Below are positions 1 to 11,195 of a stretch of DNA of 64,000 nt, one piece after another (positions within the stretch are counted from its first letter, which is position 1; each line of letters starts with the position of its first letter). Both the position numbers and the translations under genes were made by a program. This DNA comes from Rhynchopus sp. YZ270_cl-10. Taxonomy: Eukaryota. The DNA lies in the NCBI GenBank assembly GCA_964035575.1, contig OZ037848.1:124001-188000 (forward strand). Reading direction: 5' to 3'. The notes beneath the pieces were generated by a model, which saw nothing but the letters and a program-made list of their open reading frames with translations, did no database searches and was not told the DNA's origin.

Positions 1-499
1 AAAATGTCAGAGGAAGGTGTGCCTTTTCTGTCTCTCGCTGCACAAAAAAAAAGGAAGGGGGTTCAACAAAATTGGGGGGTCCCCTCCCTCATCCCCCCTC
101 CCCCCTAGGCATGCAATCCAAGGTGAACCACGTTTATGCAGTGAAGTTGACAGTGCAAAAACACAGTACGCCACATCAACTCTCATAGTCTCCCAATCTG
201 CCAATTATTGACCTTCGAAAAGAGAGCAGAAAACTTAACAGCAAACCATCACAAAGGGAAGAAAAAATACCCTGACTTCGAGAGAGCCCATAGGTTTTGG
301 AGTTGGGTACACTCTGGTCGCATAGGTGGGTAGGAAGTGACGATTGCCTGCAGTCAGTAATGTTCTTGCTGGACAGTGGTATTTTAATGTGGTAGGTGAA
401 TCGAAGGAAAAAAAAATGATGTGCCAAAAAAAAATGGGGTTGATCTGAAGAGCACGCGTACAATGGGTGGAGGGGTGGAAAAAGAAAAGAAATCTTGTA

Positions 500-528
500 A
501 GACGAATGTGCCTCTCATGCACACTTCT
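500..528 (-). promoter_or_regulatory. Intergenic GNRA hairpin motif copy
   Basis: Minus: AGAAG-TGTGC-A-T-GAGA-G-GCACA-TT-CGTCT; further copies at 545-573 and 621-639. Confidence 0.65.
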
Positions 529-1127
529 AAAAAAAGACAAAGTTGGATCCTCAGCCTCGAGGTGCTTAGTACCAAAAAAAAGTCGCCAAAAAAAAGAAGA
601 AAAAAAGGGGTGTAAGAGAGGAATGCCTCTCGTGCATACAGCGAACAGCAACGTGTTATTTTTTTTTGCTGCTGGGGGAAGGGGGGTTGGAAGGGGAGGA
701 GGGGTCTGTCCTTTCTCAACAACGTTCGAGATATTTTCACATAAAATGCACAATTGCTCGAAGCAACAGCAAGGAACACAACAACCCATGCTTTCCATTT
801 CACAAAGAAAGCATTGAGAGGGTGAAGACGTGCCTAATGCTCCAAGAACACAAGGGAGAGGGAGAAAATATATTTCAAAAAAAAACGCTACGTTGCCAAC
901 TTGTTTTTGTGTTAAGACAAATTCTGCGTATGACATGGGTAGCGTACCAACACAAAGGTGCCCCCCACCCACTGCACCCTTTCCTCCAACAAAAAAAATT
1001 GGGTGAAAAACGAGAAAAACGCCACATCCATTTCCTTTTCTTTCAATACCACTCCTTGCCCGTCTTTAAAAACCCCGTCAATAGTGTCTGTTGTTGCAGT
1101 TCTTTTTCTCTTTTTTTTCCTATCTTT

Positions 1128-3020
1128 CTATAGACCTGGGCAGATTGCAGGCCCGTAGACACAGTGGTCACACATCACTTCCTCTCCTCTTGTACTGAAG
1201 AGGGAGCACTCTCCTGCAGAAAGCCCGAAGAAGAGACATCCCTTTGTTGCAGCACAAAGCGCCTGGCATGCAGTGTCAGAGTCTGCGTCCTTCTTGTCGA
1301 GCAGGGTTCCTTGCAGAGAGTAGCCGCGGACGAAGCAGTCAAATTCTCCACCAAAGCTGCAGTATTTGGACCCCAGGAAGGGGCCTTCACAGCGCTCCCC
1401 TCCCGGGTGGCTTCCACTCTTCGGGTCGGTGAAGCCCCAGCGCCAGGACAGATCCATTACGGTGTCCTTATCGGCCGCCCATTTGTTGTAGAAGGCAATC
1501 ATGTCTGCCAACGCAGCGGTCTCAGTCGCAGCAAGGTTCACGCTCTCTGTGGGGTCGGCGCTGATGTTGAAAAGCCAGTACCCGTTCAGAGGCTGTGGGA
1601 TCACGTCCCCCTCAGGTTTGAACCCAGAAGGGGGTGCCTGGCGGATGCCCGGGGGGTTGTTCGATTCGAGGCCCTGCTGGTTCTGTCCTTCGACAACCAA
1701 TTTGAAATCTCCCTTTCTCACTGCACCTCCGATAAGACCGAATGTCCCGCATTCTGCGGCTGCTGGGTCGACTGCGGTCATGCATGTAGACGTCGTCCAT
1801 TTGTGTGCTGTCGCATTGAAGACAACAGGCTTCGCAATGACAGGAATGTTGTGAAGGATGAAGTCCCGCTCCGTCGGGGTGTCGTCGGTAATGCACGACC
1901 ATTGGTTGTGTCCATCCAACGGAAGTGTCTTTGCAATGCTACCGCCGGCAACGCCAAGAACCAGGGTGGGGAGCCAGTCGGTCGAGTGCATCAGGAAGTT
2001 GCGCACCTCGTTTGTGGGAACTTTGGCAATGTCGCTGTTGGTCCCGCGGACGAAAGAGACACCACGGATGCCACCTTCCCAGTCAAGCACCTTCATGCCT
2101 CGCAGGGGGTAGTTGTTCCCCGGGCCAATGCCTCCGTTGTCGGCAGTGTAGATCATAAGCGTGTTGTCCCACAGGCCGTGCGTTTTGAACAGCTCAACAG
2201 TCTCCCCCACTGCAATGTCCAACGCCGTCACCATACCACCATACACCTTTCTGCTCTCTGAAGTGACATTCGCGTACGTCACGTTCACATCAATGATAGA
2301 AACCGGCGGCACCTCGTAGGGGTTGTGAACATTCTGGAATGCGAGGTACATGAAGAGGGGCTGCGTGGATGTGCGGGTACGAAGGACACGGGACAACTCA
2401 TTCATGTACAGAGTGGTGGAGTAGATGTCCGAGACGTTCACGCCGCAGTCTGGCGCGACGTTTGGGGAGGTACCGTTGCGCCAGTCCCCAGTGTGGTGGA
2501 AATAGTCCTCTGCCCCAGATAGGTAGCCCGAGTATGAGTTGAAGCCTCGGTAGGTAGGTTCGTAACGCTCATCGCAAGAGCCGAGATGCCATTTCCCAAT
2601 TGCGTGGGTGTCGTACCCTGCATCACGTAGAAGCTCTGGCATGAACGTCTCGCGGGCAGGCACTCCATACGGTTGCCCTGCAACAATCACATCCGGACCA
2701 ATACCAGTGTGCATCGGGTATCTCCCAGTCATGAAGGTGGACCGGGTAGGGCTGCAGAGTGGCTGTACGTAGTATGACTCAAGCTTCACCCCTTCAGCTG
2801 CGAGCTGGTCCAGGACAGGTGTCTCCATGACACCTGCGTCGCCATTGGTCGTAGCAGCGCCAGTAGGGTTGGCGCCGCTGCGAGCGTTCTGGTGGTAGCC
2901 AATGTCGTTCCATCCGAAGTCGTCGCCTACGACGAAGAGGATGTGCGGGAGGTCCTTGGCAGAGGCAGAGGAGAGGCCTGCTAGGGTGCAGGCCACGAGG
3001 GGCAAGAGGTGGTGGTGCAT
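1128..3020 (-). CDS. Secreted arylsulfatase (ARSB/S1 family) with C-terminal PAN/apple-like Cys module
   Basis: FGly motif CSPTRSTFMTG, N-terminal GDDFGWND, GKWHLG and DNGG motifs. A signal peptide follows the internal ATG at 3020 (MHHHLLPLVACTLAGLSSASA), with a candidate AG acceptor just upstream. Tail reads CQALCAATKGC..F..C.L. The ORF-track extension to 3212 is low complexity and probably UTR. Confidence 0.92.
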   Translation of the reverse strand: MHHHLLPLVACTLAGLSSASAKDLPHILFVVGDDFGWNDIGYHQNARSGANPTGAATTNGDAGVMETPVLDQLAAEGVKLESYYVQPLCSPTRSTFMTGRYPMHTGIGPDVIVAGQPYGVPARETFMPELLRDAGYDTHAIGKWHLGSCDERYEPTYRGFNSYSGYLSGAEDYFHHTGDWRNGTSPNVAPDCGVNVSDIYSTTLYMNELSRVLRTRTSTQPLFMYLAFQNVHNPYEVPPVSIIDVNVTYANVTSESRKVYGGMVTALDIAVGETVELFKTHGLWDNTLMIYTADNGGIGPGNNYPLRGMKVLDWEGGIRGVSFVRGTNSDIAKVPTNEVRNFLMHSTDWLPTLVLGVAGGSIAKTLPLDGHNQWSCITDDTPTERDFILHNIPVIAKPVVFNATAHKWTTSTCMTAVDPAAAECGTFGLIGGAVRKGDFKLVVEGQNQQGLESNNPPGIRQAPPSGFKPEGDVIPQPLNGYWLFNISADPTESVNLAATETAALADMIAFYNKWAADKDTVMDLSWRWGFTDPKSGSHPGGERCEGPFLGSKYCSFGGEFDCFVRGYSLQGTLLDKKDADSDTACQALCAATKGCLFFGLSAGECSLFSTRGEEVMCDHCVYGPAICPGL

Positions 3021-3561
3021 TGTGTCTGGAGGGTGTGGTGTGGGAGGGAGGAGGGAGGGAGGTGGGAGGGAGGTGGGGGGTGGAAAAAAAGAGTGGGGGT
3101 TGCAAGTGCTGTTCGTTTGGTGGGACAAAGAGAGTAAAAAAAAATGTGATGGTGCAGCTGACGAAATGTTTTTTTTTTTTTTGAGTATTTTTTGAACCCA
3201 AATTTCAGCCATGTCATGAAAGTGAAAATGACAAAAAGGACATAAAACAAAACTGTTGAAAGCGCAAACGCCTCACCGTACATCGACGTCGGTAGTGAGA
3301 AAAGAGGAAAAAAAAACACGCGGAAGCGGTTTTTGTGCCCAAAAAAATGGGTTCGTTGTGACAAAAAAACTTCCCAGTGTTTGATTCCCCTTCCCTCCCT
3401 GAAAAGGGAGGGAATTTTTGACTGCGTGCAAAAGGAGGGACATGGGAAGACTACACAATGTAAACTGTAAATATGTATGTGCCTCTGCACATAAACACAT
3501 ACAGGTCGTTCAAAAGAAAACAATCCTTTTTAGGCTGCCAGACTTCACTTTCTCAATTCTC

Positions 3562-6483
3562 TTACGTCGGAGAGTTCACTACCATGGATTTGCGGTGTTT
3601 CCGCGGCTTTTCTTTTAATTTGCGGAGTGGAAGAACAGAGTTTTCGACGAAGTACTTGACACGCTGCGAGAGGGGGAGATAGGGCTCGGGGCGCTTGACT
3701 GCTGCTAGGGTTACTATTGCCTCGAGGAATTCGTGGTGGACGAGGTCCTCGCTGGCGTCGTCTGGGTCTTGAATACGTTTGTAGACTTCGTCGGCAATGT
3801 AGTTGGTGCAGCTTTGGTCGACGATGTGTAGGTCGTGCAGCATCTTGTCGTAGCCTGCCTTGTTCATCACCTTCTTCTCGTCCTCGTAGTTGCGGTACAG
3901 CCACGACAAGCTTGCAGCGTGCTCCTTTAGCACTGCCTGCACCTTCTCAGAGTAGATCCCCTTTCGGAACACATCGGTCTCCAGCTGCTTGCTGTTCGTC
4001 AAGACATGGCTCCCTAGGAGGCGGTTCAGCTTCGCAACCGGTCCATCCCCACTGGACTTAAACTTCAACCTCGCAAGCCGTGGAAGCAGGACAATCCACT
4101 CCCGCAGATTCAACTCCTTCGCAGGGGAAATCCTTGCTAGCAGATCCGCCAAATCATTCCGTGTGACCTGTTTCCCCAGAAGCTTCGCGTCTAGAACAAA
4201 CTTCATGTATTCAGACTCATCCATGACCTTCAGCGCCCCACCACAGCCCGGGACGTGCGATGCGTAATACGCAAAAATATTTGATAGCTCTTCTCGATTT
4301 GCTGCCAACACGCTGTTGAGCGTCGCTAGATCCTCTTCTGCATCGACGAAGGGGACGTCATCGAGGGTGAGCGAAAAGTCTTGGCCAGAGTTTTGATTGC
4401 CTCCACTGGAATGAACGAGGTTTCTGGTCAGCGTTTGAATGCACGTCAGAAGGCCTTCGTAGGACGACCTCAGCCAGGCCGCGCCTTCTGCAGCACTCTG
4501 CTCACATTGCTGCAACCTTGTTTTTGCTATGGTTGCGACACAGCCAGGGTCGTTGCTAGACTCCGTCACCATTGAATCTTCCGCAGCGACGCTGTTTTTG
4601 TGTTTCACCGGCGCTGCACCAAAGGCGTTAAGGAAGCCCACTGCACTGCGTTCTGCGTCGCCGTCGTATATTAGCACTTTCGCATAATTCATTGCACGCG
4701 CTGCGACACCGCTGGTGTACCGTACGTAAAGAAGCGATGCTATGGTCATGAACAGTACTGCACTGCGGTCTGAGGTGTGTGTCGGCTTGCAAAGCTCCTC
4801 GGGGCCTACGTCGTAGTGGATGGACACCGCTTCGAGCCCCTTCAAGAGCGTTTCTGCCTTCTTGCGGAAACTATGTGTGGTCGCCACCTTAGCCAGCCGG
4901 TCTGCGTCCAAGACATTGGGAGAAATTGAGTGCACCACAGCGCACAAAGGGACCAGCAGATGCGGTCCTGCTTCCCATGTGGTGATGGCCCGCACCTCGG
5001 TGCCAACAACAGGGGTGATGACGCAGTTGACCCACTCCATCAAACTGTTTGGGGTGAATTTGGTAAGAATGTCCATCCCCCCCCAACGTGCCTGTTTCTC
5101 TCGTAGTTCATCCTCACCGCCGCTCATGACCTCAATGGATGTAGCGACTGCAGAGGAGAGGGTGTTGTGCGCGTCTTCAAACTCCTTCGCCACCTGTTCT
5201 GTGCTATTCGAAAGGCCTTTGAGGGTGGCAATCATTTTGGTCAGCTCTTTCGTGGTTTCGGTAAGCTGTTCGATTTGGGTGGTCTGCGAAAGCTTGAGTT
5301 TTTCAAGAGATTTGATGGTGTCGAGGTACTTTGCGTTTTTCCCTTCGAGAACTCTCATGTCGTGGTTGTGCACTTCACGTTCGTGCTCATACAAGGTGAT
5401 CTGCTCTAGCGCGTCGTTGAGCTGCTGCTCCACATGCTGTGTATTCTCTGTTACAAAGGTGTGCGGATGGTCGGCACCCCTCTCATCATCAAACCACCCC
5501 TGAAACCGCTTTGCCCTCTGCACCCCTAGCCGCCACTCCTTGAACACAACGCGGAGATACGATTGATTCGTCATTTTGACAACCTTTTCGCAAAACACCT
5601 TCAAATTCCGGACCTTTGTCGTCGCTGTTGCCTTCACCTCCTGGGTTAAGGCTGTGGCACGCCCGACAGACTCTTTGAATAAAGAGGCACCGCAAAACTT
5701 TTGTAGTGCGGCCTCGATTTCTGATGGATCTTCGATGGCTGCTGCGCTTACCAATTCATAGTTGTCAAGGGTTGAGTGGAGGACTTCGTTGAAGGCAAAG
5801 CGGAGGGCGGGCTTGAGGATGGGGGACATCTTGAATGTGTAAAGCAGCGCCTGCTCGAGGATCAGAAAGGCGCAGGCTGCACGCTGCTTTGCGGCGTTCC
5901 CTTCAAAACACGCGATGTTCCCATTCGAAGCGTCCAGAATCGCAGTGCAGACATCGCCAGTAGAGCTGAGCACATCGTCGCTCTCGTAGTGCTCAAGCCA
6001 CTCCCCGACGCGGCTCCAGCCTTCTTCCAAACCGATTCCGCCCATTTTGCTGAGAATCACGGAAAACGCATCGAAGAGCTTTTCAAACCCGTCCATAGGC
6101 TCTGGGGTAGAGGTGAGTGTGTTGCGCAGGGTACGTTCCGACGCAGCGTTGCGTGGTGAGGTGATGCGGGTCGCGGGCAGTGGCTGCGGCGGGAGTGCGC
6201 CGTACGGCAACGACGCGGCAAGAAGCTTCCTCAGCGCCTCCGACCGCTTCTGCGGCAACGGGCGTGCACGATGACAACGCTTCACCGGACGCATCGGAGG
6301 AGGCCTCACGGTACTCGCTTTGACCACCCGTCTGCTCTGAAATGGTGCGCACGCACTCCGCCCCTGAGGTGGAACATTCGGCAGGTACGCTGTGTGTTGC
6401 GCCTGCGCAATTTCTGGAGGCAGATTGGCCAATAGCACACAACTCTCTGCTGGCGTAGGAAGGGGTTCCAGACCGGCTGCCAT
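3562..6483 (-). CDS. Hypothetical coiled-coil protein with C-terminal EF-hand-like helical region
   Basis: 973-aa uninterrupted ORF from the ATG at 6483. Central heptad-rich segment. C-terminal segments such as IFAYY..MDESEYMKFVLD and LVHHEFLEAIV resemble degenerate EF-hand pairs. Confidence 0.75.
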   Translation of the reverse strand: MAAGLEPLPTPAESCVLLANLPPEIAQAQHTAYLPNVPPQGRSACAPFQSRRVVKASTVRPPPMRPVKRCHRARPLPQKRSEALRKLLAASLPYGALPPQPLPATRITSPRNAASERTLRNTLTSTPEPMDGFEKLFDAFSVILSKMGGIGLEEGWSRVGEWLEHYESDDVLSSTGDVCTAILDASNGNIACFEGNAAKQRAACAFLILEQALLYTFKMSPILKPALRFAFNEVLHSTLDNYELVSAAAIEDPSEIEAALQKFCGASLFKESVGRATALTQEVKATATTKVRNLKVFCEKVVKMTNQSYLRVVFKEWRLGVQRAKRFQGWFDDERGADHPHTFVTENTQHVEQQLNDALEQITLYEHEREVHNHDMRVLEGKNAKYLDTIKSLEKLKLSQTTQIEQLTETTKELTKMIATLKGLSNSTEQVAKEFEDAHNTLSSAVATSIEVMSGGEDELREKQARWGGMDILTKFTPNSLMEWVNCVITPVVGTEVRAITTWEAGPHLLVPLCAVVHSISPNVLDADRLAKVATTHSFRKKAETLLKGLEAVSIHYDVGPEELCKPTHTSDRSAVLFMTIASLLYVRYTSGVAARAMNYAKVLIYDGDAERSAVGFLNAFGAAPVKHKNSVAAEDSMVTESSNDPGCVATIAKTRLQQCEQSAAEGAAWLRSSYEGLLTCIQTLTRNLVHSSGGNQNSGQDFSLTLDDVPFVDAEEDLATLNSVLAANREELSNIFAYYASHVPGCGGALKVMDESEYMKFVLDAKLLGKQVTRNDLADLLARISPAKELNLREWIVLLPRLARLKFKSSGDGPVAKLNRLLGSHVLTNSKQLETDVFRKGIYSEKVQAVLKEHAASLSWLYRNYEDEKKVMNKAGYDKMLHDLHIVDQSCTNYIADEVYKRIQDPDDASEDLVHHEFLEAIVTLAAVKRPEPYLPLSQRVKYFVENSVLPLRKLKEKPRKHRKSMVVNSPT

Positions 6484-7487
6484 ATTGGAGGAGAGAGGGA
6501 GGGGAACCAATGGAGACCGAGTCACAGAGGGTGTGGTCTACGCTACCATTGGGTGGGTGTGTGGCTGGAGGGGGTGGAGGGAATGTTGAGAGGAGAGTTG
6601 TGTTTTGTACATGAAGACGTAGGGTATAGCTTCGGTATGCCTAGTGTCGCTGGAATTGCAAGAAAGGGGAAATGGTTTTGTTCGTGTTTCTTTTCTTTTT
6701 GTGTCGACAAAATGAAGAGAAAAAAACTGTTTTTCAAAAGGCTTTCGTTGTGGGTCCTGGGACAAAAGAAAAAATGGAGCCCGGGTGAGACACCAAAAAA
6801 AAAAAGAAGAAAAACGTGGAAGGGTGCAGTCTCTCGCACATCCACCAAAAGAAAGAAAGGTTTATCAGATGAATGAAAGCCTCTCTCAGCCACCTGAAGA
6901 AAAGAAGCTTTTTATGAGATGAAACTGAACCGCTTACCTCACCGAAGAAGTCCCCCTCCCCACCCCCCCTGCTCTACTTGCAGGGGTTCACCGTCCCCGT
7001 GTACATTTTGTGTATCGTCTCGATTCGCGGAAGAACACGTACACCGCAAAAGAAACCTTCCCCACCCAAACCTCTTACCCATATCGACTGCATTTTGTGT
7101 ACCCGCACACCCAACCCCACGTACATTTTCCACTTCAGGCAGCCAAGCCGGTCGTGAGTCATACAAGAAAACAAAAAAAGGTGAAGTCGGCAACACACAG
7201 ACACCCCGGATGGAGGTGTGTGCACGTTGCTGAACCTCAATACAATTAAAAAGTTTTTTCAAATCTGTTTGGTTGCCCCGTACAGAGCTAACAGATGCAC
7301 CATTTTCCAATTTATTATCCGTTCGTACCTTGGATGTGCCTTTGTGGCGCTCACACCTTGTGTTACGTTGCAGTTTTTTTGCGGTAATATTCCCCGGAAT
7401 TGCGCAAAAACTGATTTCAAACTAAATCCCGTTATCCCCCCAGAAGAAGGCAGTGGTGTTACCTCCGTCCAGCAGATCCCAACGCTC

Positions 7488-8523
7488 CTAGATGTTGCTC
7501 TCAAGGAAGTTCTTGAAGGCGCGAATCGTGCGTGGCCCCTTGAACTCGAGGCCACGCTTGTTCTTCTTCGTGAAGAGCTTGACAGTGGGGAAGCTGCCGA
7601 CCTTGGCCTGTAGAGTGGGTGTAGAGTGGGCAATAATGTGCGAGGGAGATTCAACAATGGTGGCATACCTTGTCGCCCACGTCTCTGTACTTCTCTGCGT
7701 CCACCTCAGCAATGACAACGTCCTTGCGGTCCTTCACCTCAACCGCAAGCTGCTTCCAGTCGTCCTCCATTGCCTTGCAGTGGCTGCACCACGGTGCGTA
7801 GAACTTGATGTACGCGTTCAGCGTGGGGTCGAGCACGAGGGGCTGGAAGTTCTTTGTCGTGATCACCTGCACAACACCGGTTCCTCCAGTCATCTTGTCC
7901 TCGTCGTTTACCTGTCGTGTGTTGTATTCACCTCACAGGAATTACCAAAACTTCGTAGCTTCTAAAGAAGGCCTCATACCTTGACGCCCAGTTCCACCTG
8001 CGTCTCTTCCTTGATGAACGACAGGAACTCTGCTGCAGTGCGTGTACCGCTGTACTTTTTCTGTTTGATTTGGACAAGAGAGTAACGATGTAGTCAAATG
8101 AAAGCTGAGCATGGGAGCAGTACATACCCACTTGCCGTCGGGTCTGACCAAGATGATGGTGGGGTAGCCCTTGATGTTGTATTTGTCGACAATCTGAGGT
8201 GGTGTTGTGTTTTGATACTTTGCATTAAGAGCTGCATAACATACATCCGAAACATCGCTGTCGACGTTGACCTTACCCGCAGCCACCTCCTTGCTTCCCT
8301 TCACACTCTGCCCAAGCAGCTTCCACTCGGGTGCAAGCTTCTTGCACCAGCTGCACCACGGGGCGTAGAACTCAATCAGCCAGTTCCTCCCGTCCGTCAC
8401 GCTCTTTTTGTAGTTCTTCGACGTCAGCTCCGTGACGCCAGGCATGGGTTTTCCGAGCTCAAGGCAGTCGGAGACACCTGCCAGCAGGAGCACTGCCACA
8501 GCGACAACACCACGGAAGGCCAT
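7488..8523 (-). CDS. Protein disulfide isomerase-like, two thioredoxin domains, 5 exons (8523-8245, 8193-8128, 8060-7980, 7911-7669, 7607-7488)
   Basis: Signal peptide; EFYAPWCSWCK and KFYAPWCSHCK active sites; GYPT and SFPT cis-Pro loops. Removing four GT-AG introns (8194-8244, 8061-8127, 7912-7979, 7608-7668) joins the separate ORF fragments in frame. Confidence 0.9.
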
Positions 8524-8900
8524 AGTGCGTTGTGTTTGTGTGTCGTCCTCTGTGGTTGAGATCAGTGTGTGTTTGATAACTATTTGGGGTAACTCTTGCA
8601 CAGAATATGGTGAGAGTGTATGTGTGTGGGTACTTCCCTGTGCGGAGCATCGCCCGACACAGTCAGGGCGACAAAACTTCAAAATATGCTGGAAGGAGAG
8701 AATCAACGATGTCGTGTTGGTAGGTGTGATGTACACAAATGACATAGTGTGTATTTTTCTACTTTTTTTTTGCATTTTCGTTCAATATTTTTCAACAAAA
8801 ATGAATACTAATCTAGAGCTTCGTGCAGTAGTGTGTCTGTTGTCCTGTGGTGAAGCAGAACCGGAAGATGCGCACACATTTGCAAAAAGAAAAGTTTATA

Positions 8901-8933
8901 AGATGAACCTAAGCCTCTCGCGCTTAGTCACCT
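8901..8933 (-). promoter_or_regulatory. Intergenic GNRA hairpin motif copy (prototype)
   Basis: Minus: AGGTGA-CTAAGC-G-C-GAGA-G-GCTTAG-GT-TCATCT, then TATAAACTTTTCTTTTT. Confidence 0.75.
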
Positions 8934-9676
8934 AAAATTAAAATAAGGTTTGGGTAAACCTTTTGCCGACAGCAAAAAGAAGAGGTCGCTTCTTTTTGTA
9001 TAACTTTCCGACAATAAAACACGCAAAGCAACACCGCACCTAGCAGTAACCGTCCTGCTGAGTCTCATCCTCACATATGACGAGCTAACAAAATTTAATA
9101 AAACTTAAAAGACGGGTGTGCCCTCTCGTGAACATCTAAAGAAAAAGGTCGGCAAGATCTAGCCTAAACCTCACGATTCACGTATTTACTTACACCACCA
9201 AAGCAAAAGGCATCGTAAAAATAGCAAAAAACAAAAACAAACTAAATTGAAAAGATCAAGCGAGAGGCCCTTCAGCATCAACAACAGAATCTTTAACACT
9301 CAATCCCAAATTTTTGTCCAGACTGGGTATTTTTTTAAATAAAGAACAACTATTCAAAACCGTAAAATTCTTGCTTTAATTGATTTTTCTGGTAAAACCT
9401 ATGAACACGCAAAAAAAATCGACCAGATTCGTTGAGTGACTAAAACCCAATCACCCATAGAGAGAGAGACCCAAAACGGTGATTTTCCCTGTAATTCCTT
9501 AAGGAATTGCCTTTGCCATTTGAAAAAATATTATGACCGCAAAAATGGCAACATGTAATCTGTGATGCTCAAAAGTGCAAAATTCTTGCTCCAATGGATT
9601 CTCCGGGTATACATTGTACCTGGAGAATATGCTCATATCACTCTTCAGACCATCTGGGGTATGGTCACACACAGGT

Positions 9677-10056
9677 AGTATACACAGTATACACAGTATA
9701 CACAGTATACACAGTATACACAGTATACACAGTATACACAGTATACACAGTATACACAGTATACACAGTATACACAGTATACACAGTATACACAGTATAC
9801 ACAGTATACACAGTATACACAGTATACACAGTATACACAGTATACACAGTATACACAGTATACACAGTATACACAGTATACACAGTATACACAGTATACA
9901 CAGTATACACAGTATACACAGTATACACAGTATACACAGTATACACAGTATACACAGTATACACAGTATACACAGTATACACAGTATACACAGTATACAC
10001 AGTATACACAGTATACACAGTATACACAGTATACACAGTATACACAGTATACACAG
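9677..10056. repeat. (AGTATACAC)n microsatellite, ~42 copies
   Basis: Perfect 9-bp tandem repeat read directly. Confidence 0.98.
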
Positions 10057-10065
10057 GGGATTGGG

Positions 10066-10393
10066 AGTACAGTACAGTACAGTACAGTACAGTACAGTAC
10101 AGTACAGTACAGTACAGTACAGTACAGTACAGTACAGTACAGTACAGTACAGTACAGTACAGTACAGTACAGTACAGTACAGTACAGTACAGTACAGTAC
10201 AGTACAGTACAGTACAGTACAGTACAGTACAGTACAGTACAGTACAGTACAGTACAGTACAGTACAGTACAGTACAGTACAGTACAGTACAGTACAGTAC
10301 AGTACAGTACAGTACAGTACAGTACAGTACAGTACAGTACAGTACAGTACAGTACAGTACAGTACAGTACAGTACAGTACAGTACAGTACAGT
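10066..10393. repeat. (AGTAC)n microsatellite, ~65 copies
   Basis: Perfect 5-bp tandem repeat, separated from the 9-mer array by GGGATTGGG. Confidence 0.98.
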
Positions 10394-11116
10394 GCGATTC
10401 ACATATCAGACAAGATCTCGTTAGGCGTATACTTCTGGGCCTCGTTCACTTCATAAACCACAGATGCAATTTTTTGAGCCTACGACCCCACATTTAACTC
10501 ATTTCGATCCGCAGATTTCAATCCCAAAAAATATTTCAAAAAAATATTTCTGGTGTGGCACCTTAACCGATTCTCCGTGGTTCTACCCGTTGCCCCTCCG
10601 TAAAGGGGGGGTATGGATGTTGGAAAACAGGCCTTCATATGCACCTTCGGTTCAACGTCGCAGGCAGGCCAAACAGCGTTTTGAATTTGTTGTTGAGCTA
10701 CCCGCATGTGGAAGGCCCACTTCTCAGAATTCACGACATTTTTTCTCGACCCGATTGGTGGAGTACATATTTGTTATCACCGCCTGGTTACCCTACTGAC
10801 ACATTTTCAAAAGAATCGGCGTTAAAGAAAATCAGAATGCTCGATCTTCACGCGTGGGATAGTTTTTCACCAGTATAAAGTACGGTGTCAACATCTCATA
10901 TATTGGTGCACTCTCTCTGATCTCTTTGACCGGACATATGTGCAACACATGCACTCCTCCTCGCGTGTGCAGTTGATGAAGCTGTTGCAAGCGTCTTCTC
11001 CATTGCAGTCTCAAGAGAAATACGTCTTACAGCAGACGAGTTCGGGGCTGGACATCCACTCAAATGCAGGACATGTCTCTAATGTCCTAATCCTGTGCAC
11101 CAAGCACCACCCCAGG

Positions 11117-11195
11117 CGCTTCGCGGCGAAGGGCAGGCTTAGCCCAGCCCTTAGCCGCGAAGCGACTGGGGGGTCTGGGGGGCGGAGGCCCCCAG
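11117..11195. other. Two adjacent GC-rich hairpins at the left junction of the 406-bp array
   Basis: CGCTTCGCGGC(11117-11127)/GCCGCGAAGCG(11154-11164) with inner AAGGGC/GCCCTT. Then CTGGGGG/CCCCCAG (11175-11195), ending where the array begins. Confidence 0.85.

Noticed and set aside
7..1133. ORFs in the first kilobase
   Set aside because: Phe/Lys homopolymer-derived low-complexity translations of an intergenic spacer.
9575..10456. ORFs with IHS, VYT and STVQY repeats
   Set aside because: Translations of stop-free microsatellites, not genes.
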